From IMG/VR virus record IMGVR_UViG_3300027816_000069, positions 58,351 through 122,350 of that record: a stretch of DNA of 64,000 nucleotides; one strand, 5' to 3'. This document shows positions 1 to 8,733 of this stretch, one piece after another. Source of the stretch: a virus. Position 1 is the stretch's first letter; every line of letters begins with the position of its first letter. Made by a program: the position numbers and the translations under genes. Below the pieces are notes generated by a model. The model ran no database searches, was not told where the DNA came from, and worked only from the letters and a program-made list of their open reading frames with translations.

Positions 1-1
1 A

Positions 2-97
2 AAGATAACCCTAAACAGAATGCCTTTTCCGTCTATTTATAAAGATGGTCATCTTGATGAAAAAGAAATAACACTAGTTTGTGAGGAGTTTAAATGA
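2..97 (+). CDS. partial CDS entering from the left edge
   Basis: Open frame from base 2 to TGA at 95-97, with ATGA overlap on the next gene. Confidence 0.5.
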   Translation, partial: KITLNRMPFPSIYKDGHLDEKEITLVCEEFK

Positions 98-435
98 ATC
101 TTTTAAGTGAAACAATTGATGTTCTTAATAATAGTGGTAAAACCCGATCTGACGTTAGATGGATCGGTTCTACTCATTATGGTTATTTTGATTGGGAGCA
201 TTTTGTTAAAATTGCTAATGTTGAATATGATGATGATGGTTATGGAGCAGCAAAAGTTGCTAGTCATTTGGTTATTGTTGGAGATGATTGGTGGCTTGAA
301 AGACAAGAATATGATGGTAGTGAATGGTGGAGTTATAAAAGTTTACCAACGAAACCACTAAATAAAATAGAACCAAATCGAGTTACTTATGGATATGATA
401 GAACTCTTAGAGAGATGAACGAAAAACGAGAATGA
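94..435 (+). CDS. hypothetical phage protein
   Basis: 113 aa ORF, GAGGAG RBS, translational coupling. Confidence 0.75.
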   Translation: MNLLSETIDVLNNSGKTRSDVRWIGSTHYGYFDWEHFVKIANVEYDDDGYGAAKVASHLVIVGDDWWLERQEYDGSEWWSYKSLPTKPLNKIEPNRVTYGYDRTLREMNEKRE

Positions 436-614
436 AAGAACACCAAAAATATACTGGTCAACATTTTATATTTCATCTGATGAAAGACGATAATCTGACC
501 ACAATATCTCTTAGTAGTAATTATGTTAATGCTCCTGCGGATAAATTTGAACTAAAGGAGTTGGCAGATTTTATCTATGCCTCATTAGAAAATGACCAGA
601 ATCAGAGTAATTGA
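432..614 (+). CDS. hypothetical protein
   Basis: ATGA overlap, tight packing. Confidence 0.6.
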   Translation: MKEHQKYTGQHFIFHLMKDDNLTTISLSSNYVNAPADKFELKELADFIYASLENDQNQSN

Positions 615-780
615 ACTAGAGTATGATCTAATAGAAATTCATTATAATCCTATTCTAAAAAACAATCCTTATTTAGTGAGAATTTTTAGTTATAATAGTG
701 ACGAGCCGCAGGAAATTAGGATAGGCCAAAAACAATTCGGTGATCTATACAAGTTTCTCAAGGAGAATAAATACATATGA
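592..780 (+). CDS. hypothetical protein
   Basis: ORF in the packed + strand array. Confidence 0.6.
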   Translation: MTRIRVIELEYDLIEIHYNPILKNNPYLVRIFSYNSDEPQEIRIGQKQFGDLYKFLKENKYI

Positions 781-1004
781 ATCTTATTCAGTGTTTTAGT
801 AGTGTTGTTGGTCATAAAGAGGCTCAAGAACTTATAACCGATCTTAATCAAATGAAGTCGTCAAAGTCTGAAGATTTTTACATTAAATATGATGAATATC
901 AAGATTATTCTACTGACGACAATTATTTAGTGATAGGGAATGTTACAAAAGAAGATTGGGATGAACTTGATTTGGAGAGTGATTTTATTGAAGGATTTGT
1001 TTAA
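777..1004 (+). CDS. hypothetical acidic protein
   Basis: AAGGAG RBS, ATGA overlap. Confidence 0.65.
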   Translation: MNLIQCFSSVVGHKEAQELITDLNQMKSSKSEDFYIKYDEYQDYSTDDNYLVIGNVTKEDWDELDLESDFIEGFV

Positions 1005-1064
1005 TGATTGATTTTATTCTAAATGAGTCAAAATAGGTCAGACTAACCCTTTTACGGAGATTTT

Positions 1065-1313
1065 ATGAAGAAATTGATTTTTTTGCTGTGTTTGATTTTT
1101 ATCGGTTGTGATTCGCCCACTACATCTAACTCTCAGATTGATAAGATTCTGAGGGCTAAGAGTATTGTTAAAAGCATGGTTAAACATCCTGATACTTTGG
1201 TTTTTAAGGAATTTGAAACCAATGTTGTGGGAGATAATGTTAGTCTTACTTTTTCTTGTAAGAATGGTTTTGGTGTTCCAGAAACCCATACTGTGAATGT
1301 GTTGGTGGATTGA
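1065..1313 (+). CDS. putative lipoprotein
   Basis: MKKLIFLLCLIFIG-C signal peptide with lipobox-like Cys; GGAG RBS. Confidence 0.6.
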   Translation: MKKLIFLLCLIFIGCDSPTTSNSQIDKILRAKSIVKSMVKHPDTLVFKEFETNVVGDNVSLTFSCKNGFGVPETHTVNVLVD

Positions 1314-1332
1314 TTTTTTGTGAACTGAGGTA

Positions 1333-1360
1333 TTGACAACTGCCGATAGAGTGATATACT
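1333..1360 (+). promoter_or_regulatory. sigma70-like early promoter with GCCGATA box
   Basis: TTGACA-16 nt-TATACT, extended TG, GCCGATA at 1342-1348. Confidence 0.75.
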
Positions 1361-1399
1361 ACCGTTATGAGTTCTAAGCCTTGGAGATTGGAGACAAAC

Positions 1400-1693
1400 A
1401 TGAACGATGTTAATATTCCAGAAAATACTCTGATTAGTTACTACCGTGACAAGCATGGTAATCCCCGTGGAGTTTTGGTGGCTGTTAAAAAGGGTCGTCA
1501 TGGGAATTTTAATGTGGGATATGCTCAGTGCCGTAAGGGCGATAAGTTTAGCAAAAAGATGGGGCTAAAGATTGCTCTTGGGCGATCTTATTATGAGCAT
1601 ATGGATGCTTTGGATAATATGCCTCATAACTTGCGTAAGATGCTTCCATCCTTTATTAAGAGATGTGAACGATATTATAAGGTGTTTGTATGA
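1400..1693 (+). CDS. hypothetical phage protein
   Basis: GGAG RBS before ATG 1400; D.F.KK.G..IA..R motif common in phage proteins. Confidence 0.7.
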   Translation: MNDVNIPENTLISYYRDKHGNPRGVLVAVKKGRHGNFNVGYAQCRKGDKFSKKMGLKIALGRSYYEHMDALDNMPHNLRKMLPSFIKRCERYYKVFV

Positions 1694-1896
1694 AAACTAT
1701 AGACTATCCTTCTGCTGCTATGGAGTGTGCCAGATATATTTTTGATAGTGATTGTGAGCAGATTAGTTATCAAGAATATGTAAGAGATGGAAATGATCCA
1801 AGAGAACATATTCTATACTGTGCTGCTGTGGTTCTTGGCGAAACTGATGATTTTCAACCCGATATTGACGATTACCTTCATATGGAGAATGATTGA
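1690..1896 (+). CDS. hypothetical protein
   Basis: ATGA coupling. Confidence 0.65.
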   Translation: MKTIDYPSAAMECARYIFDSDCEQISYQEYVRDGNDPREHILYCAAVVLGETDDFQPDIDDYLHMEND

Positions 1897-2084
1897 TGAC
1901 TAAGGTTTATGATGTTAAGCAATATAATGGTAAGTTTGTTGTGACCAAGAACGACGAACCCATTTTGCTGCCTAAAACCGATGGACAGTTTATTGTCACA
2001 GAGTTTGATAGTAAAGAAGATGCTGAGAAGTATTTAACTATTCTTGAAAGTCTTTTAAAGAAGCGAAAGGTTAGTCATGCCTAA
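1893..2084 (+). CDS. hypothetical protein
   Basis: ORF coupled to neighbours; start may be ATG 1896. Confidence 0.6.
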   Translation: MMTKVYDVKQYNGKFVVTKNDEPILLPKTDGQFIVTEFDSKEDAEKYLTILESLLKKRKVSHA

Positions 2085-2358
2085 ATTTTTAGTTACTATG
2101 AATCTTGTTGAAGCAAAGACCACAACCTTTGTTATTGAAGCAAAGTCTAGTGATGATGTACATGATGCTTTGGGCGAACTAGAGGCTGATTATTTTGAGG
2201 AAAACTGTGAGTGGGTAACGGTAGATTATGAATCTCCCATTATTGAAAGTGTGGAAGTGACCAACAAGGGTCTTGGAGTTTGTGACGCTAAAGAGAATAA
2301 AAAGATTCAGACCAAATTTAATAAGATTATCAAAGAACTAGATAAAACACAACAATGA
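2077..2358 (+). CDS. hypothetical protein
   Basis: ORF in packed array. Confidence 0.65.
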   Translation: MPKFLVTMNLVEAKTTTFVIEAKSSDDVHDALGELEADYFEENCEWVTVDYESPIIESVEVTNKGLGVCDAKENKKIQTKFNKIIKELDKTQQ

Positions 2359-3113
2359 TTCGCTCAAGATTACATCGCTGGACTTGTGGCAAAGTTGCTG
2401 ACTTTATTCGTGGAGAAGAAAAGCCATTTCCTTTAGAGGGGGACGAATGGGATGATTGGCATAAGAATGCTAGGAAAAATCGTCCATTTAGATACTGGCT
2501 TGCAGAAAAGGGTTTAAAGAAACTGCAAAATATTTGCTACTTTCCATATGATGTTTATCGTACAGTCTGGATTTATGTTCGTAACAGATGGATAGATCAA
2601 ACTCATAAGATAGATACTGGATTAAAACCCGGTGGCTATTATGAATTTGATACTAAACTATTGCATGGTCTTTTTAATGAATTGTGTGACTATGTTGAAG
2701 TAGAATTGGCCCACCTTAATTCTTATGACAATACAGCACAATATGTCTTTAAAAAGGGTCGCTGTCCACAAGCAGGACTAGACCATTTAGATTGGGCAGC
2801 AGAATTAACTATGGGCGAAAGTTTTAAGTTGGATAATGATGATCCCGACTATAATAAGCCCACACCCCAAGCAGAATCGGCCGAAATTATTATAACATTA
2901 TATTTGTGGTGGAAAAATATTCGACCACTACGATTTGACCCTCACCTATTATATGACGCTGTAGATGATAATCAGATTTTTGGCCCAAATATTTTGCCAG
3001 CATCCACTAAGGAAATCTTTGACAAAGTTGAGGAAATGGAGCAGCAATATAAGGAAGAAGATACGGATATGTTAATCTCTCTGGTTAAAGTTAGAGGCAG
3101 CGTATGGAGTTAA
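2355..3113 (+). CDS. Trp-rich hypothetical phage protein
   Basis: 252 aa ORF, ATGA coupling. Confidence 0.75.
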   Translation: MIRSRLHRWTCGKVADFIRGEEKPFPLEGDEWDDWHKNARKNRPFRYWLAEKGLKKLQNICYFPYDVYRTVWIYVRNRWIDQTHKIDTGLKPGGYYEFDTKLLHGLFNELCDYVEVELAHLNSYDNTAQYVFKKGRCPQAGLDHLDWAAELTMGESFKLDNDDPDYNKPTPQAESAEIIITLYLWWKNIRPLRFDPHLLYDAVDDNQIFGPNILPASTKEIFDKVEEMEQQYKEEDTDMLISLVKVRGSVWS

Positions 3114-3115
3114 CT

Positions 3116-3265
3116 ATGAAGGACAATTACTCATCTGCATCAGAAGCAGCATCAGAAGGATACTCTGAACTAATTTATCACAATAAAAATAAAAACCTTA
3201 ACCAATCACCCCCTAAAAAACTAAAGTGGTATGATTGGCTTTTACTATTAGTCTTTAGGAGATAA
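3116..3265 (+). CDS. small hypothetical protein (not in ORF track)
   Basis: 49 aa MKDNYSS...WYDWLLLLVFRR filling the gap exactly. Confidence 0.5.
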   Translation: MKDNYSSASEAASEGYSELIYHNKNKNLNQSPPKKLKWYDWLLLLVFRR

Positions 3266-3268
3266 CCA

Positions 3269-3502
3269 ATGTCTAAACAAATTTTTAATAGTTACGACGA
3301 AGCCCACAAGTATAGAATGAGTCACCCCATCCAGCAAGATTTGGATAACATAAAGAGTATTGCTACGGCAATTAAAGATATGACTATTATGTTTGATCTT
3401 AGTTATAGCCAATCAGCAGTAAAGGAATTACTTGCTGATATTGATATGGGCATGAGAGCAATATTAGAGATTATTAATGGGTCTAGCGGAAAGAATAAAT
3501 AA
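3269..3502 (+). CDS. hypothetical protein
   Basis: AGGAG RBS; N-terminus shared with 4000..4326. Confidence 0.65.
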   Translation: MSKQIFNSYDEAHKYRMSHPIQQDLDNIKSIATAIKDMTIMFDLSYSQSAVKELLADIDMGMRAILEIINGSSGKNK

Positions 3503-3791
3503 TATGACAACGCAAAATATTCCAAATTGGAAAAAAGGAGACATAGTTGCTCTGCTACAGAATAGCGATAGAGTTATCCATATTTTTGAAGCAGAACATG
3601 ATCCTTGGTATGGAAAATCCTTTTTTAGTTCAAAGGAAGATTGGTATTATGGTTGCAGAAACTGCGAAGAATTAAGATTAGCCACTATGGAAGATATAGA
3701 CCACAAAATAAAATACCAAAAAGAAAATGTAGAACGAGAAAAAGCAGTCTTAGATCAGTTACTTAATTTTAGGGGGCGTTTGTCACAATGA
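3477..3791 (+). CDS. hypothetical protein
   Basis: ORF; start may be 3504. Confidence 0.6.
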   Translation: MGLAERINNMTTQNIPNWKKGDIVALLQNSDRVIHIFEAEHDPWYGKSFFSSKEDWYYGCRNCEELRLATMEDIDHKIKYQKENVEREKAVLDQLLNFRGRLSQ

Positions 3792-4003
3792 AAATACAAA
3801 ATAAAACAGAGATAGACCTATCCGTAGAAGATGTGAAAGTCGCTATTGCCAAGTATCTTCAAGAGTCGCAAAATCTATCACTAAATAGTGAACTAATTAT
3901 GCACTTTCATGTAATTAATAAACCAACTCAACACCCAATGTATATTTCTGATACATTAGATAAGTTTGTTTTTGATGGTGCTACTGTTATAGCGTCAAAA
4001 TGA
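3788..4003 (+). CDS. hypothetical protein
   Basis: ATGA coupling. Confidence 0.6.
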   Translation: MKIQNKTEIDLSVEDVKVAIAKYLQESQNLSLNSELIMHFHVINKPTQHPMYISDTLDKFVFDGATVIASK

Positions 4004-4326
4004 ATAAGATTTTTGACAATTATGACGAAGCCCACAAGTATAGTTTAACAATACCTTGGAAACTAGAAACTTGTAATGTTGGAGAAGGTTGTTGGTGCAG
4101 AATTATTCTGCCGACAGAAAAGATACTTTATAAAAATAAGGTGGGAGATACTGAAAGAGTTGATGAACTTGATTATATTATTCCAGATGGAAGCGTAGAT
4201 AAAGAAACGGCTGAATATATGGTTACTATACATAATCAGTTAATAAACATTTATAAGAATCAAAAGAAAAGATTAGAGACACTACAAAAATTGAATGATT
4301 TAGATCAAGAACTAGGAATAAAATAA
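4000..4326 (+). CDS. hypothetical protein with Cys cluster
   Basis: CNVGEGCWC motif; ATGA coupling. Confidence 0.65.
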   Translation: MNKIFDNYDEAHKYSLTIPWKLETCNVGEGCWCRIILPTEKILYKNKVGDTERVDELDYIIPDGSVDKETAEYMVTIHNQLINIYKNQKKRLETLQKLNDLDQELGIK

Positions 4327-4568
4327 TGAGTTGGCAATATAGAGTAGTTAAAAAAACAACCAAGATTCCTCTTGGAGAAACTGATATTACTTATGAAATT
4401 CATGATGTATATCTTGATGAAAGTCTAGATATTGTGAGTATTGGTAGACTATCATTTCCTATGGGTGATGATGTTGAGTCATTACAATGGAGCCTAGAAA
4501 GAATGATTGAGGCTTGTAAAAAGCCCGTCATCGACTATAATACTGGAGAAGAACAAGATCGGAATTAA
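4326..4568 (+). CDS. hypothetical phage protein
   Basis: W.YRV...IH.VY-type N-terminus common in phage proteins. Confidence 0.7.
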   Translation: MSWQYRVVKKTTKIPLGETDITYEIHDVYLDESLDIVSIGRLSFPMGDDVESLQWSLERMIEACKKPVIDYNTGEEQDRN

Positions 4569-4570
4569 CC

Positions 4571-4679
4571 GACGCCACTGGGTTGATCGCCAGAGGGCAA
4601 CGTCCTGTGCCTCTAGTTCCCGTATGATCCTGCTATATGCTGGTTCGCTAGGGTTCTAACGCACGATAATGGGGGCGTT
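4571..4679 (+). ncRNA. candidate structured ncRNA
   Basis: Intergenic, about 55% GC in an AT-rich genome; GACGCC/GGCGTT closing stem, several internal hairpins, one with a UUCG loop. Confidence 0.4.
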
Positions 4680-4699
4680 TTCAATACAAAGGAAAAAAT

Positions 4700-4990
4700 A
4701 TGGAAAATTTTGATTGGGATGCTTTTGTAGAGGAAAGTAAAAAATATAAAGCGTGTGCTTGTCTATGGATAGACGAAGAAAATGATAGAATAGAACTATT
4801 GTTGGATAGTTCTGCTGCTACTTATAGTCAATGGATACCGGGAGAAGGAGCAGATATTTGTTTGCTAAGATGCGATAAAAGTAGAAAAGTTATTGGAGTT
4901 AATCTTCCATTATATCAAACCGACTTTAGCGTATTTCATACTGATCGTATAAGAGTTAAAATAAACGAAGGTTTCTTAAAAGAAGAATAA
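4700..4990 (+). CDS. hypothetical protein
   Basis: AAGGA RBS. Confidence 0.65.
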   Translation: MENFDWDAFVEESKKYKACACLWIDEENDRIELLLDSSAATYSQWIPGEGADICLLRCDKSRKVIGVNLPLYQTDFSVFHTDRIRVKINEGFLKEE

Positions 4991-4992
4991 TT

Positions 4993-5205
4993 ATGATAGT
5001 TAACATACCAAAAGAATTAGAGAACCTAAACAGAAATGATATCGACAAAGTTTGTGAACTAGTAGATAAACTGGTCGATCATATTATGACAACTTATTAT
5101 TTTACAGAAAAAGATGAGGAGGTTCTAGCCGCCCTAATTACAGACTATATGATAGATTTGATTAATCCAGACTTACTAGATTTTGACAAGGAAAAAATAA
5201 AATGA
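4993..5205 (+). CDS. hypothetical protein
   Basis: Packed ORF. Confidence 0.6.
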   Translation: MIVNIPKELENLNRNDIDKVCELVDKLVDHIMTTYYFTEKDEEVLAALITDYMIDLINPDLLDFDKEKIK

Positions 5206-5624
5206 AAAAAGAAGTTGCTAAAAAGTGGGTTAAGGCTTTGCGTAGCGGAAAATATAAGCAAGGTAAAGGTTATCTAAAACAATTTAATAGTAAGAATCAA
5301 CCAAGACATTGTTGTTTGGGTGTTCTTTGTGAGTTGTATAATGATACTATGAAGAAAAATCATAAAAAAACATTGTTTGCTGAAGAAATGGAAGATAATG
5401 TATCAGGTACAAGTTTTGTTAGATTCGATCTAAAAGATGGGGGTCTACCAAAAGTGGTGAAAAAATGGGCTGGTATTAATGATGAGACAGGAGAATTTAT
5501 TTGTAAGGTAAAGTATAAAAATTATGAATATGACGATAGTCAAAATCTGTCAGTCATGAATGATGATGGTAAAAAGTTTTCAACTATCGCTGATATTATA
5601 GAAAAAAATATAGAGAATCTATGA
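5202..5624 (+). CDS. conserved phage hypothetical protein
   Basis: W..ALRSG.Y.QG.G.L...CCLGVLC motif widespread in phages. Confidence 0.75.
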   Translation: MKKEVAKKWVKALRSGKYKQGKGYLKQFNSKNQPRHCCLGVLCELYNDTMKKNHKKTLFAEEMEDNVSGTSFVRFDLKDGGLPKVVKKWAGINDETGEFICKVKYKNYEYDDSQNLSVMNDDGKKFSTIADIIEKNIENL

Positions 5625-5920
5625 AAGGTCCGTTAATTTACTACGAACTTAAAGATATGTACGGGACCAATTTGAGTGATTCTAAACTAGCCACTGAATT
5701 GCGTAAGAGCGTTCTAGAAGAAATTGATCTTGGATTTAATGTTGAGATTGATTTTGATGGGGTAGATAGCATTAGTAAAAATTGGGCTAAAAACGCTTTT
5801 GGAACTATTGTGAAACAGAAGGGTGGCGATTTTTTCAAGAATCATATCTTACTAACTAATCTTAATAAGAAGAATATGACGGTCATTCTGAAAGAAATTA
5901 AGGAGATACTGGAAGTTTAA
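5621..5920 (+). CDS. STAS-like (DUF4325-type) protein
   Basis: VEIDFDGVDSIS..WAKNAFG resembles the DUF4325 core. Confidence 0.65.
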   Translation: MKGPLIYYELKDMYGTNLSDSKLATELRKSVLEEIDLGFNVEIDFDGVDSISKNWAKNAFGTIVKQKGGDFFKNHILLTNLNKKNMTVILKEIKEILEV

Positions 5921-7287
5921 TGATAACAGGACAAACGCTCATAGATTTGGGATATAAACCATCGAAATGGTTTAAAAATGTTATTGATTATGCTAATGCT
6001 AATCAACTAGACAACAATGGTATCGTATCATATATTGAGTCTATTGTGCCTAAAACTATAGAACCCTATAATAATCCCATATCTTTTCATAAAAATATAG
6101 TTGCTAATAATAAGCAGGAACAGTCTAATATAGATAGTGTTTGTGCTGCAATGAATAGTATATTAAGAATTCCTACTGCTGTTAATGCAGCAATTATGCC
6201 CGATGCCTGTCCTACTGGCAAGGGAGAAATTCCTGTTGGTGGAATAGTAGTCACAAAAAACGCTATTCATCCTAGTATGCACAGTGCTGATATTTGTTGT
6301 TCAGTAATGGCTACAGATTTAGGCTACGCTGACCCAAAGAGCGTATTAGATGCTGCTTTTGAAACCACTCATTTTGGTATTGGCGGTCGAGATAGAGACA
6401 ATCAATTAGTTAGATTGCCATCCGACCTTAAAGAAAAGATCATGAATAATTACTATCTAAATAGTAATAAGAGTTTAAACTATGCTCATAGCCATCTTGG
6501 TACTCAAGGAGATGGAAATCATTTCTTGTTCGTGGGGAAAAGCAAGAGTAATGGTCATACATATTTGGTGACTCATCATGGTAGCAGAGGGTTTGGGGCT
6601 AATCTTTATAAGGAAGGTATGTATAAGGCCCAAATGTTTCGTCAAGAAATAGCACCCAATGTTGATCCTAAAAACGCATGGATTCCATATAATACAAAAG
6701 AGGGAAATGATTATTGGGAGGCTTTACAAATTGTAAGAGAGTGGACAAAACTTAATCATGAGTCTCTGCATGATGCTATTAAGGTTAAAGTATCTAGATT
6801 TTTATATTCTGATAGATTTTGGAATGAGCATAATTTTGTCTTTAAGAAAGACGATATTTTTTATCACGCAAAAGGCGCTACTCCAATGACCAATGATTTT
6901 GTTCCAGACTCAACAAGTGGACTCAGATTAGTTCCTCTTAATATGAGTGAGCCTATTTTGGTAATGAAAGAGTCACCCAACCTTACAGGATTGGGATTTG
7001 CCCCTCATGGAGCAGGCAGAGAATATAGCAGAACAGAGCATTGTAGAATTAAATTACAACATAAAAATGGCTATCAATTATTTGAAGAAGAAACACAGGG
7101 TCTTGACGTTAGGTTTTTTTCTGGTAAGATAGATATAAGCGAACTGCCAAGTGCTTACAAAAATGCCGACAAAATAAAAGAACAGATCAGACATTTTAAT
7201 CTAGGCACTATAGTAGATGAAATAGAACCATACGGCTGTATAATGAGTGGTCATGCTGATAAGCCTTGGAGAAAAAAGAAATGTTAG
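5920..7287 (+). CDS. rtcB: RtcB-family RNA ligase
   Basis: MPDAC, PVG, ADICC, GTQGDGNHF, HHGSRG, HN, HAKGA, HGAGR and ELPSAYK motifs. Confidence 0.93.
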   Translation: MITGQTLIDLGYKPSKWFKNVIDYANANQLDNNGIVSYIESIVPKTIEPYNNPISFHKNIVANNKQEQSNIDSVCAAMNSILRIPTAVNAAIMPDACPTGKGEIPVGGIVVTKNAIHPSMHSADICCSVMATDLGYADPKSVLDAAFETTHFGIGGRDRDNQLVRLPSDLKEKIMNNYYLNSNKSLNYAHSHLGTQGDGNHFLFVGKSKSNGHTYLVTHHGSRGFGANLYKEGMYKAQMFRQEIAPNVDPKNAWIPYNTKEGNDYWEALQIVREWTKLNHESLHDAIKVKVSRFLYSDRFWNEHNFVFKKDDIFYHAKGATPMTNDFVPDSTSGLRLVPLNMSEPILVMKESPNLTGLGFAPHGAGREYSRTEHCRIKLQHKNGYQLFEEETQGLDVRFFSGKIDISELPSAYKNADKIKEQIRHFNLGTIVDEIEPYGCIMSGHADKPWRKKKC

Positions 7288-7493
7288 AGTTTATAGCGAG
7301 ACTTTTCCTAAGCACAGTATTAGCGTGTGTAATATCTGTTGCGTGTTCTGTAGGTATAACATCGCTCTTATTTCATATTGTTCAGGTTTTTGATTTAAAT
7401 CCCGGTCGTGATAATTATTGGGTGTTTAATGTAACTATAGTTTCACTAATATTTAGTTGGATAATTAGTTTTGGTTACTTGATGTGGCATTAA
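7281..7493 (+). CDS. two-TM membrane protein
   Basis: Two hydrophobic stretches. Confidence 0.6.
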   Translation: MLEFIARLFLSTVLACVISVACSVGITSLLFHIVQVFDLNPGRDNYWVFNVTIVSLIFSWIISFGYLMWH

Positions 7494-7756
7494 ATCATGA
7501 GGATCATAAAATGATTACATTTGACGAATTTCTAAAAAAAGTAGACGATACATTCTTGAATAATCACGCAGTAAGATCACGCGGAAAAATAAAAGCAGAA
7601 AATCAATGGAGATATGGTCAAACAGTAATTAATGTATTATACGATGTTTGGGGAGAAAAATGTAGGGAAATAACCAATACTCCCTTTGATTGTTTTTATA
7701 AAGATTCTGTGGTAAAATCTACGTTGGATAAACTAGAAAAGGAATGGATAGTATGA
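7484..7756 (+). CDS. hypothetical protein (WRYGQ family, paralog of 14646..14849)
   Basis: WRYGQ..NVL...DCFY.D...KLEKEW. Confidence 0.7.
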   Translation: MALNHEDHKMITFDEFLKKVDDTFLNNHAVRSRGKIKAENQWRYGQTVINVLYDVWGEKCREITNTPFDCFYKDSVVKSTLDKLEKEWIV

Positions 7757-8220
7757 AAAAGAAAACTACAAAAAAGAAAAACAAACCAAAGAAACAAAAG
7801 ATTGATGTTGTAATAGAATCATTAGTTCATCTTGAACAAAGGGTTAAGGAACTAACTAAAAAGGTTGAACAACTACAATATTCTCAACCATATTATCCAA
7901 ATCCCAATTACCAGTACCACAAAGTCCACCAAAATATTGGCCTAATACCGAACCCTCTTTTAAATATAAGATGTAACCTCACATTTGTTAGTTCTTATCA
8001 AGAAGCAGAACAAATAAAAAAAGAGCTAGTAAACCTTGGTGCTAATGAAAGCGATATTATTATAAAATTTGTATCGGGTCCAAACAAATATCTAGTACAA
8101 ATGAATTCTACTTATTGCGATAATGAATTTCCTGAGCCATTAGACAAATTTTTGCATGATAATGAATGGGTTGCTTTTAGAAAAATTAAATACGATAAAG
8201 AAAAAAATGAATATTTGTAA
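7753..8220 (+). CDS. hypothetical protein with basic N-terminus and coiled coil
   Basis: Lys-rich N-terminus, heptad segment. Confidence 0.6.
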   Translation: MKKKTTKKKNKPKKQKIDVVIESLVHLEQRVKELTKKVEQLQYSQPYYPNPNYQYHKVHQNIGLIPNPLLNIRCNLTFVSSYQEAEQIKKELVNLGANESDIIIKFVSGPNKYLVQMNSTYCDNEFPEPLDKFLHDNEWVAFRKIKYDKEKNEYL

Positions 8221-8452
8221 TGAATTAAAGAAAGTTCAAGAGATTACAGATCCAAAAATTATAGCAGAAACAATCTGGATGGCAGATAGACCTCGTACTT
8301 GGTGGGAATGGTTTAGTTGGACATTTTATCGAAGGCTTAAATATTTTTATTGTAGTTGTTTTCATTTAAAAAATCATCAAATAATTGCTTTTTATTCAAA
8401 CTATACTCATAGATACAGATGTAATAAATGTGAAAGAGAATTTGATGAATAA
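8207..8452 (+). CDS. hypothetical protein with Zn-ribbon-like C-terminus
   Basis: C.C.H...C..C. Confidence 0.55.
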   Translation: MNICNELKKVQEITDPKIIAETIWMADRPRTWWEWFSWTFYRRLKYFYCSCFHLKNHQIIAFYSNYTHRYRCNKCEREFDE

Positions 8453-8732
8453 ACTCACAATCGCTATAGATTATGACGATACATATACTGCTGATCCTCC
8501 ATTTTGGAATAAGGTAATAGAATTAGCAAAAGATCATGGTCACGATATAATTTGTATTACAGCACGAAGAAATATCTTAGAACATCGTCAAGAACTTATG
8601 AAACTTTTACCGGAAGGGATAGCAACTTATTTTTCTTATGATGAACCAAAAGCAGAGTTTATAAAAAGACAAAATATAGTGGTGGATATTTGGATAGATG
8701 ATAGTCCCGGTTGGATTGTAGGAGTCACATAA
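8445..8732 (+). CDS. minimal HAD-family phosphatase
   Basis: DYDDT, ITAR, K and WIDD HAD motifs I-IV. Confidence 0.8.
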   Translation: MNKLTIAIDYDDTYTADPPFWNKVIELAKDHGHDIICITARRNILEHRQELMKLLPEGIATYFSYDEPKAEFIKRQNIVVDIWIDDSPGWIVGVT

Positions 8733-8733
8733 A

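Noticed and set aside
4571-4679. HDV-like/theta or hammerhead ribozyme
   Set aside because: I could not build the P1/P3 nested pseudoknot, and there is no CUGANGA/GAAA core.
7895-7980. Possible frameshift in 7753..8220 (alternative frame QLPVPQSPPKYWPNTEPSFKYKM*)
   Set aside because: The main frame stays open, and there is no homolog evidence to prefer the alternative.
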